From: Patescibacteria group bacterium | Lineage (GTDB): Bacteria > Patescibacteriota > 4484-211 | Assembly (NCBI GenBank): GCA_018818265.1 | Contig: JAHISN010000078.1 | Location: forward strand, 1-51,842 | Reading direction: 5' to 3' | Length of the DNA stretch: 51,842 nucleotides | Shown: one piece after another, positions 34,278 to 43,529 of the stretch | Layout: each line of letters begins with the position of its first letter | Position numbering within the stretch: position 1 is the stretch's first letter | The notes under the pieces: model-generated | What the model was told of the DNA's origin: nothing | Seen by the model: only the letters and a program-made list of their open reading frames with translations | Databases searched by the model: none | Made by a program: the position numbers and the translations under genes

Positions 34278-34520
34278 TTACAATCCAATTAACTTCAATA
34301 ACTCTTCCATCCTTCCCTGACTAAGGCCGACACAATAGACATAAAGGCTAAAGATAGCGGTTAACCAAAAAAGGGTAAAATGGGGGAGCCATTTTCGAAA
34401 CCATTGCCGAAACCATTGCCGAAACCATTGCCGAAACCATTGCCGAAACCATTGCCGAAACCATTGCCGAAACCATTGCCGAAACCATTGCTCCCGCAAT
34501 TTGGGTTTAACTGATTCCAT
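34278..34520 (-). CDS. Small membrane-anchored protein with a (QWFR)8 repeat
   Basis: MESVKPKLRE-(QWFR)x8-KWLPHFTLFWLTAIFSLYVYCVGL. Lies 72 nt upstream of, and co-oriented with, the GT-C-like gene. Confidence 0.5.
   Translation of the reverse strand: MESVKPKLREQWFRQWFRQWFRQWFRQWFRQWFRQWFRQWFRKWLPHFTLFWLTAIFSLYVYCVGLSQGRMEELLKLIGL
34396..34491. repeat. Perfect tandem repeat, 12 nt x 8 (CGAAACCATTGC)
   Basis: Eight identical units counted directly. They are in frame within ORF 34278-34520. Confidence 0.95.
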
Positions 34521-34574
34521 TAATGAATATTTTACCAGAAAAAGTTATGATACACTGTTGGTATTCTCCCGAAT

Positions 34575-34970
34575 ATGGAAAAAATAATTGGAATTACCTC
34601 AGAACTAATAACCTACCTTAGAACTCTTTTGAGTGATATTTTTACGACTTCCGCAGGGCTGTATTTACTGCTTCTGGCTATAGAAAAAACGAAACCCGGG
34701 TTTGTGGGTAACGCAATTTCGGAACAGGTCTTTTTGTATATAACTATAGCTGCAGTCGGATTATTAATTTTGCTACCTAAAGAAAGAATCGGGATTGAAA
34801 GGAGAACCAATTTGCTAACATATTTGTGGGTGATAACAGCAGCCATACTGGGCGGCTATATTGTCTATAAAGACACGCCCAGCCTCGGGACCACCGGCAT
34901 CGTCATCGGCGTTTTGACCTCGCTCTTGATTGTATCATTGTCAATGATAGTAAGAAGTGAGCAGTCCTAG
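34575..34970 (+). CDS. Hypothetical small membrane protein (about 4 TM)
   Basis: Hydrophobicity pattern only. Confidence 0.5.
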   Translation: MEKIIGITSELITYLRTLLSDIFTTSAGLYLLLLAIEKTKPGFVGNAISEQVFLYITIAAVGLLILLPKERIGIERRTNLLTYLWVITAAILGGYIVYKDTPSLGTTGIVIGVLTSLLIVSLSMIVRSEQS

Positions 34971-35084
34971 GCCCAAAGTTGTAAAAAGCGGAATTAAACC
35001 GATTAAATTTTCTGGCCGATTGCAGTTGCCAGATCACTTAATCGCTCTTTTCCTAGCTTTTTTTCGAGTATCCAGGCATTCCTA

Positions 35085-35987
35085 GTGCCCTATATGTGCA
35101 ACTCAGAAAGAACTATCAAATTATTAACAACCGCCCACCGTCTGTTTCTGCTTCTTCTCGTAATGGGCTTATTAAGCTATCTCGCCTGGTACGACATCCA
35201 GCCAGCAGTGGAATTCACTTTTACCCCGAATGAAACTCGTTTATTGACTAAACGCAACAATAGTCCAGCTGATTCACCGATAGTCCACTTTGAAGGCAAA
35301 GATGTTTGGTTACTTAATCAGCCCAGTACCCACTTTGAGCTTGAAATGACCGATATCTTTGAGACAATAACAATCCGAGCCCACTATCAGACACCTACAC
35401 CGAAACAAATAGTTATTGCTACCGATCGCTCTCGTACTCTGCCGCTTATCGATCCCGCAGAAATCTCCCTTCTGCAACAGCTTAACGATCCGGATTGGCC
35501 GTGGACAGGCCAAACTTCGGCCCTAGCAAATAATCTAACTTTTTATGCTAAACCGGGGCTTCCGGAGGGCTTTCCCTCCTTCGAAACATTTGTGCAAGAA
35601 AATATCCCCGGGATTCAGACCGGCACTACAGAAAGGATATTTAACAACGGCGAAGTCTTTGTCGTTAAAAATGATCAGAATATTGAATATCGCCCGTTGG
35701 CCGGAAGATTTGATCTGCCTTACATTGCCTATCTGCTGGTCCCACAAGTTGATGCTTTAGAATTTGTTGATGCCGTTCAACTGGTTGATAATAGTTCTTA
35801 TGTATTGGAATTGAGAGAAACTTTAAGTGAAGAAGAAAGACAACTCGGGGGAAAACTAAATTTCCGCCTGAACCTGTCCGATTACGTTTCTGGCGATTGG
35901 GCTGTAGTGGAAAAAATTAGCATTATTGCCGCCCGCCAGCCGGTAACTTTTGAAGGTGTTGTTAATTTTATGAAAAAAGTTTTCTAG
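35085..35987 (+). CDS. Hypothetical N-terminally anchored protein
   Basis: Single N-terminal TM (LFLLLLVMGLLSYLAWY) and no recognisable motif. The start could be ATG 35094. Confidence 0.5.
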   Translation: MPYMCNSERTIKLLTTAHRLFLLLLVMGLLSYLAWYDIQPAVEFTFTPNETRLLTKRNNSPADSPIVHFEGKDVWLLNQPSTHFELEMTDIFETITIRAHYQTPTPKQIVIATDRSRTLPLIDPAEISLLQQLNDPDWPWTGQTSALANNLTFYAKPGLPEGFPSFETFVQENIPGIQTGTTERIFNNGEVFVVKNDQNIEYRPLAGRFDLPYIAYLLVPQVDALEFVDAVQLVDNSSYVLELRETLSEEERQLGGKLNFRLNLSDYVSGDWAVVEKISIIAARQPVTFEGVVNFMKKVF

Positions 35988-36028
35988 CCCGCCCGCACCA
36001 TTGACAAATGTCCAGCAAAGACCTGCTG

Positions 36029-36706
36029 TCAGTTATAACTACCCACGGCGTTGTCTTCAACCACTACACCTTCTTCAATGCGGACAACTCGGTTGCGGAG
36101 AGAATTAACAATATCACGATCGTGAGTGGCCATAATCACAGTAGTTCCCCATTGATTAATTTGCTGTAACAGCTGAATTATTTCCCACCCGGTACTGTAA
36201 TCCAAATTTCCCGTAGGTTCATCTGCTAACAATACCTTAGGTTCCTGTACCATAGCTCGGGCAATAGAAACTCGCTGGGCCTGACCAGAAGACAATTGGT
36301 GTGGATAACAATTCATTTTATCTTCCAAGCCAACTAATTTAAGAATGTAAGGGACAAGCTCACGAACTTCCTGGTGGGGACGACCTACTGCTTCCATACC
36401 AAAAGCAACATTTTCGTGAACAGTTAGCCTGGGTAATAACTTAAAGTCTTGGAAGATCATTCCAATTTCCCGTCTTAGTCCGGGGATGTAACGAGATGGC
36501 ATCTTGCCAACATTACGGTCCTGATACCACACACTACCCTCTGTCGGCAAATAACGGCGGATTAGTAAATTCAAGAGAGTTGTCTTGCCCGCCCCCGAAG
36601 GCCCAACTACGAAAATGAAACCCTTCTCGTCAAAAACAAGATCAACATCCCTTAAAGCAACTGTTCCATCGGGAAAAACTTTGGAGACTTGTTCGAATCT
36701 TATCAT
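36029..36706 (-). CDS. ftsE: Cell division ATP-binding protein FtsE
   Basis: MIRFEQVSKVFPDGTVALRDV...GPSGAGKTTLLNLL...LSSGQAQRVSIARA...LLADEPTGNLD. Confidence 0.85.
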   Translation of the reverse strand: MIRFEQVSKVFPDGTVALRDVDLVFDEKGFIFVVGPSGAGKTTLLNLLIRRYLPTEGSVWYQDRNVGKMPSRYIPGLRREIGMIFQDFKLLPRLTVHENVAFGMEAVGRPHQEVRELVPYILKLVGLEDKMNCYPHQLSSGQAQRVSIARAMVQEPKVLLADEPTGNLDYSTGWEIIQLLQQINQWGTTVIMATHDRDIVNSLRNRVVRIEEGVVVEDNAVGSYN

Positions 36707-37099
36707 TTTTAATAATAACTAAAGATGTCACATTACAAGAATGCACTAGAAACATCTTTTTAAGAATAACGTGGAAAACCTACGGTTTTCCTTTGGGAAA
36801 ATTGACATTTGGTATTCAATAGAACAATTTTCCACATTTACTATTTCTAGTGTGAGGATAAAATGTTATATCTATAGCAAAAACTAAATGGTTTCTGCTC
36901 GGTTGAACCTACCCTACACAGTCTTGGTAACTCAGAACTAATCCTCTATGACTTTAGTAAAGGAAGACAACTTCAGTATAGCATATGGTCAGCAAGCGTC
37001 AATCTCAAAACAACCGACCGCCGGGAACTCCAAAACGGTTTGTAACAATACCAGTTAACTGTTAATATGTATATTCAACATTTTGTGTACCCATAAACA

Positions 37100-38749
37100 A
37101 TGCCCGTTCCGCTAGAAAATCAAACATTACCCAAGCCAGCTACTGAGCTGGAAAAAATTAGAAATGAAGAGGCCCGTCAGAAAGCATCAATTGTGCGATT
37201 TACGGCAATTACTGTAACAATTGTTGTTGCCTGCTGGTCTTTAGCAGAATGGCTCATCTACGCAAGACCAGTTCAAGCAATTACTGAATTTCTTGGGACG
37301 ATAGCAGGCATAGTATTTTTGTGGTGGCAAAGCAAAACTTCTAACCAAGCCGCTGTAGGACGAGTATTCAGCATAGTTCTAACAGTTTGCTTATTAATAG
37401 TCAATCTAACTTACATAACTCAGCATGAATTAAGTCTAGCCGCTTCAAATATTTTTTGGCTTTTCTTAATCCCGCCAATTGTTTTCTTTAATACAGGACA
37501 AAGAGGCGGACTATTCGCCGCAATTCTTGTTGGAATTTGGACAATTGTTTTTTTTGTATTAACCGAACTCGGCATTGTCGGTCACCCCGTAGGAGCTGAG
37601 TACATACTAGACCTCCTAATAGCTTTCGCTGTAGTGTCCGCCTTTCTGTTCCTTTATGAACGGGTTAAGGATAAGGTGCACACAGGATTAGCAACTGCCC
37701 TTACTAAAAACCGCGCTGTTTTAGATACTATCAGCGATGGAATTATAGTAATAGATCTCGAAAGCAAAATACAGGTTTTTAATCATGCCGCTGAACGTCT
37801 TCTTGAGTGGAAAGATACTGAAGTGATTTCGCACAATATTGAAAAGATATTCACTAAAACTAATCTAGAAACTATTCTCGGCAAAGTACCTACAAAATCA
37901 GCGGTGCAGTCCGGAGTAAAAATCGAAACCAAGAACAACCGCATTATCTATGCTGATTTAACAGTCTCGCCCTTACACATTAAAGAGAGTTCGGAAAAAT
38001 TAAAACCAGGAATAATGCTTACCCTCCATGATGTGACCGGCGAAAAAGAGCTGCAACAGATGAAACTTGATTTTGTAGCTATGGCCGCTCACGAATTAAG
38101 AACACCCACTACCTCAATTGTGGGACACCTTTCGGTTCTCAAGGATGAATTGGGTCCAAATTTAGACCCCGAACACTACCAGTTTCTCTCCCGCGCCATT
38201 ACCTCTGGTAAACAATTGACAACTTTAATGGAGAACCTTTTATCTGTAACTAAAATAGAACGCGATACCGTCGCGCTCCAGAAGGCGCCAATTGGCTGGG
38301 AGGAGTTTGTAAGAGAAACAATATCTAAGTTTAGCGCCGCGGCCCAGAAGAAAGGATTATCTATAAAGTGGATAACGCCAAAATATCCACTTCCCAAGGT
38401 AATGGCTGATCTATTGCGAATATCGGAAGTCTTAAGCAACCTTCTAGACAATGCGATAAAATATACAAACGCAGGGAAAATTATTGTCTGGTGCGAGATA
38501 GATCACAATAACAAAATGATAATTACTCACATTAAGGATAGCGGTTGCGGGATCTCCAAGGAGGATCAAGCTCGTATATTTCAAAAATTCTATCGTATCG
38601 GTGGATCTCTAGAAATGGCGGCAGAGGGCGCGGGATTGGGGCTCTATATAACCAAGTCGATTATCAACATGCATGATGGCGAAATCTGGGCCGATTCCGA
38701 GTTGGGACTAGGTTCAACTTTTAGCTTCAGTCTGCCGTATCAACCTTAA
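37100..38749 (+). CDS. Sensor histidine kinase (membrane domain, PAS, HisKA, HATPase_c)
   Basis: H-box MAAHELRTPTTSI, N-box LLDNAIKYT, G-boxes DSGCGI and GAGLGL. The N-terminal half has about 6 TM segments. Confidence 0.9.
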   Translation: MPVPLENQTLPKPATELEKIRNEEARQKASIVRFTAITVTIVVACWSLAEWLIYARPVQAITEFLGTIAGIVFLWWQSKTSNQAAVGRVFSIVLTVCLLIVNLTYITQHELSLAASNIFWLFLIPPIVFFNTGQRGGLFAAILVGIWTIVFFVLTELGIVGHPVGAEYILDLLIAFAVVSAFLFLYERVKDKVHTGLATALTKNRAVLDTISDGIIVIDLESKIQVFNHAAERLLEWKDTEVISHNIEKIFTKTNLETILGKVPTKSAVQSGVKIETKNNRIIYADLTVSPLHIKESSEKLKPGIMLTLHDVTGEKELQQMKLDFVAMAAHELRTPTTSIVGHLSVLKDELGPNLDPEHYQFLSRAITSGKQLTTLMENLLSVTKIERDTVALQKAPIGWEEFVRETISKFSAAAQKKGLSIKWITPKYPLPKVMADLLRISEVLSNLLDNAIKYTNAGKIIVWCEIDHNNKMIITHIKDSGCGISKEDQARIFQKFYRIGGSLEMAAEGAGLGLYITKSIINMHDGEIWADSELGLGSTFSFSLPYQP

Positions 38750-38756
38750 TCATAGC

Positions 38757-38762
38757 TATAAT
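38757..38762 (+). promoter_or_regulatory. Consensus TATAAT 6 nt upstream of the comM ATG (leaderless-type geometry)
   Basis: catagcTATAATcagtttATG, with no SD. Confidence 0.4.
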
Positions 38763-38768
38763 CAGTTT

Positions 38769-40322
38769 ATGCTGGCGAAAATCTATTCTGCCTCCATCTT
38801 AGGTTTAGAGGGCAATAAAGTAGAAGTAGAAGTGGATTTAGTAAAAAAGGGCTTTCCTTCTTTTAAAATCGTCGGCTTACCCAGTAAGGCAGTAAACGAG
38901 GCACGAGACCGTGTCCGCAGCGCCCTTATTAATACTAGCGCGGATTTCCCCAGCTATCGTCTTACCGTTAATCTAGCTCCGGCCGATTTGCCTAAAGAGG
39001 GCAGCGCCTTTGATCTTCCCATCGCCGTAGGGATTTTACTTGCCTCCGGCCAATTACCACTAAGAGCAGAGCTTGAAAAAAGCATCTTTTTAGGCGAACT
39101 ATCTTTAGAGGGCAAACTACGCGCTACCGCCGGGGCGTTGCCGGTAACCTTGTGGGCAAAAGAGAAAGGTTATGAACAGATCTTTTTGCCAGCAGGTAAT
39201 GCACAGGAAGCGGCCGTAGTAAGCGGTATTAGGATTTTACCGCTAACTTCTCTAAAAGACCTTTTTTATCATTTACAGGAAATATGCCCCATCCATCCCC
39301 ACCCAGCCACAGATATTAGTGATTTGATTAGAGAAGATGTTGAAAGCGAATTCGACTTGGCTGATGTGCAAGGCCAAACACAGGCTAAACGGGCATTGAT
39401 TATTGCAGCTGCCGGCGGGCACAATCTATTTATGCTTGGGCCGCCGGGATCAGGCAAAACATTATTAGCGCGAACACTACCGTCAATTCTGCCCTATTTA
39501 ACTAAGAGTGAAGCACTCGAGGTTAGTAGAATCTACTCCGTCTCCGGCAACCTGCCTGCCGGACAAGCTCTAATTACGCAACGAGTTTTCCGTTCACCCC
39601 ACAACACCATCTCGCGAGTGGGCATTATTGGCGGAGGCAGGTACCCCCAGCCGGGAGAAATCTCTCTCGCTCACCATGGCGTACTTTTTTTAGACGAATT
39701 TGCCGAATTCCCCCGCCATGTATTGGAAAGTCTAAGACAACCAATGGAAGATGGTCGAGTAACGATTAATCGTGCTTTAAACTCGGTAACATTTCCTTCT
39801 CGATTTATGGTAGTAGCGGCTTCGAATCCATGTCCCTGCGGCTATCTGGGTAGCAAAAAGAGCGTTTGCAGCTGTGCACCACCCCAGGTAAAACGCTATC
39901 ATCATCGTATCAGTGGGCCAATTATGGACCGGTTTGATTTACATGTTCGGGTACAGGAGGTAGAAAGGGACAAATTAATTTCGTTACACGGAAAAAGAGT
40001 AGAAAAAGATTCTCTCACTTCAAAAGAAGCACAGCGGATGATACAAAAAGCGCGTAACCGCCAGGCGGCACGGTTTAAGGCTACCCCCCAAATCACCTGT
40101 AACGCCGAAATTGGTCCTAAGAGAATTAGTTCTTTTTGTAAAATTAATAGCGACGGGTGTCAACTATTGCGTCAGGCATATTCTCAAATGAAACTCACCG
40201 CCCGCGGCTATCACAAAATTCTTAAAGTCGCCCGCACCATTGCTGATTTGGAGGGTACAGAAGAAATCTCCACTCAGGCTATCAGCGAGGCGCTATGCTA
40301 TCGAAAGAAACAATGGGCATAG
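38769..40322 (+). CDS. comM: YifB/ComM family Mg-chelatase-like ATPase
   Basis: MLAKIYSASILGLEGNKVEVEVD, Walker A GPPGSGKTLLA, FLDEFAEF, C-terminal ChlI-like domain. Confidence 0.9.
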   Translation: MLAKIYSASILGLEGNKVEVEVDLVKKGFPSFKIVGLPSKAVNEARDRVRSALINTSADFPSYRLTVNLAPADLPKEGSAFDLPIAVGILLASGQLPLRAELEKSIFLGELSLEGKLRATAGALPVTLWAKEKGYEQIFLPAGNAQEAAVVSGIRILPLTSLKDLFYHLQEICPIHPHPATDISDLIREDVESEFDLADVQGQTQAKRALIIAAAGGHNLFMLGPPGSGKTLLARTLPSILPYLTKSEALEVSRIYSVSGNLPAGQALITQRVFRSPHNTISRVGIIGGGRYPQPGEISLAHHGVLFLDEFAEFPRHVLESLRQPMEDGRVTINRALNSVTFPSRFMVVAASNPCPCGYLGSKKSVCSCAPPQVKRYHHRISGPIMDRFDLHVRVQEVERDKLISLHGKRVEKDSLTSKEAQRMIQKARNRQAARFKATPQITCNAEIGPKRISSFCKINSDGCQLLRQAYSQMKLTARGYHKILKVARTIADLEGTEEISTQAISEALCYRKKQWA

Positions 40323-40352
40323 GTTGAAATTACTCACATATTTTCTTAATCA

Positions 40353-40381
40353 TTGAGAAGCTGGCAAGAGTTTGCTATAAT
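40353..40381 (+). promoter_or_regulatory. Sigma70-type promoter of the infA-rpmJ-rpsM operon
   Basis: TTGAGA, 17-nt spacer (ending TGc), TATAAT. Confidence 0.6.
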
Positions 40382-40410
40382 AAGCTCCGTTCCGTAGATA
40401 GGGCTGTTTT

Positions 40411-40626
40411 ATGTTAAAAAAACAAAAATTAATCGATGCGGGTATAATAAGCGAAACCCTACCCGACGGCCATTTCAAGGTTAAACTAGATTCCGATGAG
40501 GAGATAACTGCATACATCTCCGGGAAGATGCGTATCTACAGAATCCGCATTCTCACAGGCGATCGTGTTAGGGTTGAACGCTCATCATATGATCTCAAAA
40601 GAGGAAGAATTGTGTATAGGTCCTAA
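40411..40626 (+). CDS. infA: Translation initiation factor IF-1
   Basis: GHFKVKLDSDEEITAYISGKMRIYRIRILTGDRVRVERSSYDLKRGRIVYR. Confidence 0.95.
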   Translation: MLKKQKLIDAGIISETLPDGHFKVKLDSDEEITAYISGKMRIYRIRILTGDRVRVERSSYDLKRGRIVYRS

Positions 40627-40629
40627 AAT

Positions 40630-40755
40630 ATGAAAGTAACTCCATCTATAAAAAAAAGATGTCCCAAGTGTAAAATTACTACCCGGCGCAAAAGCGGCAA
40701 ACGGGTGAAACTTGTTATTTGCGAAAACCCTAGACATAAACAAAGGCAGGGGTAA
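40630..40755 (+). CDS. rpmJ: 50S ribosomal protein L36 (not in the supplied ORF track)
   Basis: Hand translation gives [41 protein letters not shown]. The position between infA and rpsM fits. Confidence 0.9.
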   Translation: MKVTPSIKKRCPKCKITTRRKSGKRVKLVICENPRHKQRQG

Positions 40756-40759
40756 AAAA

Positions 40760-40846
40760 TAGCTTTTTAGCTTTTAGATTCATTAGCTTGTTAGATTAAG
40801 AAAAAAAACTAAGAAGCTAGTGAAGCTAACGAAGCTATCAGCTAAT
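40760..40846 (+). repeat. AGCT-word hairpin (rpmJ-rpsM spacer)
   Basis: Left arm TAGCTTTTTAGCTTTTAGATTCATTAGCTTGTTAG. Right arm CTAAGAAGCTAGTGAAGCTAACGAAGCTATCAGCTAA. Confidence 0.85.
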
Positions 40847-40851
40847 AAATT

Positions 40852-41250
40852 ATGGCCAGAATTAGCGGGATTAACATTCCCAATGACAAAACAATTGAAT
40901 ATGCACTCACTTCCATCTACGGAATCGGTCTAACTCGTTCCAGAAAAATACTTAAACAAGCTCGGGCAGACCTGAAAACCCGCACTAGTGATATAAACGA
41001 ACAAGATTTGTCCCGCATTAGCCGGGTTATTGATAATAGCTACAAGGTTGAGGGTGAGTTGCGCATGCAAGTAAGAGACAACATACGGAGACTCAAAGCC
41101 ATCGGCACTTACCGTGGGTCACGACACAAAAAGAAACTACCTTGCCGAGGCCAAAAAACTCGCTGTAATGCCCGCACTACTAAGGGACGCAAGCGTATGG
41201 CAGTTGGCGGATTATCGTCCAAGAAAAAGGCGGCAAAGGCGAAAACCTAG
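40852..41250 (+). CDS. rpsM: 30S ribosomal protein S13
   Basis: MARISGINIPNDK...YRGSRHKKKLPCRGQKT. Confidence 0.96.
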   Translation: MARISGINIPNDKTIEYALTSIYGIGLTRSRKILKQARADLKTRTSDINEQDLSRISRVIDNSYKVEGELRMQVRDNIRRLKAIGTYRGSRHKKKLPCRGQKTRCNARTTKGRKRMAVGGLSSKKKAAKAKT

Positions 41251-41254
41251 GCAG

Positions 41255-41356
41255 TTTATAGCTTATAGCTGCATTAGCTTATTAGGTCAGAAACAGAAAA
41301 CCAAGAGACTAATCAGCTAGTGAAGCTAACGCAGCTAGCGAAGCTAGCTGGCTAAT
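41255..41356 (+). repeat. AGCT-word hairpin (rpsM-rpsK spacer)
   Basis: Left arm TTTATAGCTTATAGCTGCATTAGCTTATTAGG. Right arm CTAATCAGCTAGTGAAGCTAACGCAGCTAGCGAAGCTAGCTGGCTAA. The 17-mer AGCTAGTGAAGCTAACG is shared with 40815-40831. Confidence 0.85.
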
Positions 41357-41361
41357 TCAAA

Positions 41362-41760
41362 ATGGCAACTAAGAAAAAAATCAAGCCAACTAAAAAACGA
41401 AAGCGTCAACCCGCCCCTGAGCGGGCACAAGTTCATATCCTCGCTTCTTATAACAATACTATTATTACGATCACCGATTGGAACGGCAACACTATCGTAA
41501 CTGGCAGCACAGGGAGCGCTGGTTTTAAGAACACTCGCAAATCCACACCCTATGCTGCTACTGTCGCCTCGGGAAAGATTGCTAAAGAAGCGGCCGCTTT
41601 GGGAGTTAAAAATGTTGACGTTCGTGTCCGCGGCCCTGGAATAGGTCGGGAATCAGCCATCCGAGCTTTAAGAACTTCTGGTTTGCAAATTAATTCAATC
41701 TCAGACGTTACGCCTATCCCGCACAACGGGTGCCGCCCAAAAAAGAAAAGAAGAGTGTGA
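41362..41760 (+). CDS. rpsK: 30S ribosomal protein S11
   Basis: [18 protein letters not shown]...[13 protein letters not shown]...[17 protein letters not shown]. Confidence 0.96.
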   Translation: MATKKKIKPTKKRKRQPAPERAQVHILASYNNTIITITDWNGNTIVTGSTGSAGFKNTRKSTPYAATVASGKIAKEAAALGVKNVDVRVRGPGIGRESAIRALRTSGLQINSISDVTPIPHNGCRPKKKRRV

Positions 41761-41763
41761 AAT

Positions 41764-41869
41764 CAGCTTCGCTAGCTTATAGCTTCGTTAGCTTGTTACG
41801 CATAAGAGGAAAACTAACAAGCTAGTGAGACTGATAAAGCTAATGAAGCTAACGAACCTAGCAAGCTAA
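41764..41869 (+). repeat. AGCT-word hairpin (rpsK-rpsD spacer)
   Basis: Left arm CAGCTTCGCTAGCTTATAGCTTCGTTAGCTTGTTA. Right arm CTAACAAGCTAGTGAGACTGATAAAGCTAATGAAGCTAACGAACCTAGCAAGCTAA. Confidence 0.85.
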
Positions 41870-41874
41870 TTATT

Positions 41875-42504
41875 ATGGCCAGATATACTAACGCCAAATG
41901 CAAATTGTGTCGCCGCGAAGGCAAAAAGCTCTACCTAAAGGGCAAGAGGTGCTACACAGCCAAATGCCCTGTCGAGAAAAAGGGGGCCGTGCCGCCTGGA
42001 GAACCACCGAAAAGACGTTCTCGTATTACCGATTACGGCGTACGTCTTCGGGAAAAGCAGAAACTCAAACGAACTTACGGTGTACTGGAAAACCAGTTCA
42101 GGCGCTATATTCGTGAAGCCGAAAAAAAGCAGAAGCAGAGTGAGTTCGGTGTAGCTTTACAGCAAATATTAGAAACCCGCCTAGATAACATCGTGCGACG
42201 ATTAGGATTCTGCTGGTCTCTAAATCAAGCTCGGCAACTTGTACGACACGGTCACATCTTAATTGACAATAAAAGAATTGACATCCCCTCGTATAATGTT
42301 AGGGTAGGTCAGAAAATAACTCTTGCTCCCACTGCTTTAAACTTGTTTAATGTACAAGAAGCTCTGAAAAATTTTCCCAGAGAAAATATACCTTCGTGGT
42401 TATTAAGAGAGGAAAGTTACGGGAAAATAGAGAGACTTCCTGAGAAAGAAGATTTTGGTGCTGAGTTTAACATTAGCCTTGTGGTTGAGTATTATTCAAG
42501 ATGA
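41875..42504 (+). CDS. rpsD: 30S ribosomal protein S4
   Basis: MARYTNAKCKLCRREGKKLYLKGKRC... and an S4 domain. Confidence 0.96.
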   Translation: MARYTNAKCKLCRREGKKLYLKGKRCYTAKCPVEKKGAVPPGEPPKRRSRITDYGVRLREKQKLKRTYGVLENQFRRYIREAEKKQKQSEFGVALQQILETRLDNIVRRLGFCWSLNQARQLVRHGHILIDNKRIDIPSYNVRVGQKITLAPTALNLFNVQEALKNFPRENIPSWLLREESYGKIERLPEKEDFGAEFNISLVVEYYSR

Positions 42505-42546
42505 ACAACTATTTGCTTACCTGTTCATCTGAGTATAACTTTTCGC

Positions 42547-42575
42547 CAGTTACCTAATTACCTAGTTAACTAAAT
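42547..42575 (-). repeat. TAGGTAATTAG-word element, opposite orientation to 15018-15040
   Basis: CAGTTACCTAATTACCTAGTTAACTAAAT. Its reverse complement contains TTAACTAGGTAATTAGG. Confidence 0.75.
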
Positions 42576-42581
42576 ACAACT

Positions 42582-43529
42582 ATGCCTCGTTTTGAACCAC
42601 AAATAAAAGCAAAAAAGGAAACCTCTACCGAAGCCGAATTGATTATTGGTCCCTTTGAACCAGGAATGGGCCATACTGTCGGTAACGCTTTGCGTCGCGT
42701 TCTTCTTTCTTATTTGCCTGGGGCCGCTGTCACCGAGTTACGTATTGAAAATATCCTCCACGAATTTTCTACAATTGAGGGTATTAAAGAAGACGTTATC
42801 GAAATCATACTCAATATCAGAAAAGTTAATTTTAAAATGGATCTGCCTAAACCTCTCATTGTTACCCTAGATATTGAAGGAATTACACAGGCAAAGGCTG
42901 GTAACCTACATTGCCCGGCAAATATTGAGGTGATTAATAAGGATCTAGTTATTGCCAATCTTACAACTAAAAAATCTACTCTCAAAATGGAACTCAAAGT
43001 AGAATTTGGGCGGGGATATCATCTTTCTGATGAACAAAAAGCAAAGGTTGGTGTCATTTTATTCGATGCTGACTTTTCTCCCATCAAGCGCGTTTCCTAT
43101 AAAGTTGAACCCGCCCGTGTTGGTCGCGTGTCCGACTTAGATCAAGTTCATTTTGAAATAGTAACCGACGGAACTACTACTCCTCGTGATGCCCTCTACC
43201 AAGCTGCAGCAGAACTTAATGAGCATTTTAACATCCTTAAACAGGAAACCGCAGTAAAAAGAGTCTGGGAGGAAATTAAAGAGGAAAAGAGAATGCCTGC
43301 ACAAAGAAAGCTTAAACCTATCTATCTGGAAGAATTTAATCTACCCACACGGCTACTAAACGCTCTTAAAGAAGGCGGTGTCCAAACGATAGAAGATATT
43401 AATAATCTGGGCAGTGAAGGAATTAAGAAAATTAAAAACGTCGGCCCTAAAAGCGTAACCCTCATCAATCGAGTAATTGAGGAAAGGCAAAAAGAAAAAG
43501 AAGAAAAGGAACAGGAAAAAGAAGAATAA
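42582..43529 (+). CDS. rpoA: DNA-directed RNA polymerase subunit alpha
   Basis: GPFEPGMGHTVGNALRRVLLS, C-terminal HhH-like domain, low-complexity KE tail. Confidence 0.95.
   Translation: MPRFEPQIKAKKETSTEAELIIGPFEPGMGHTVGNALRRVLLSYLPGAAVTELRIENILHEFSTIEGIKEDVIEIILNIRKVNFKMDLPKPLIVTLDIEGITQAKAGNLHCPANIEVINKDLVIANLTTKKSTLKMELKVEFGRGYHLSDEQKAKVGVILFDADFSPIKRVSYKVEPARVGRVSDLDQVHFEIVTDGTTTPRDALYQAAAELNEHFNILKQETAVKRVWEEIKEEKRMPAQRKLKPIYLEEFNLPTRLLNALKEGGVQTIEDINNLGSEGIKKIKNVGPKSVTLINRVIEERQKEKEEKEQEKEE

Noticed and set aside
34396-34491. A possible CRISPR array. The same question was considered for 48784-48856.
   Set aside because: The units are 12 nt and 9 nt and directly abut with no spacers. 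No cas genes are present. These are simple tandem repeats.
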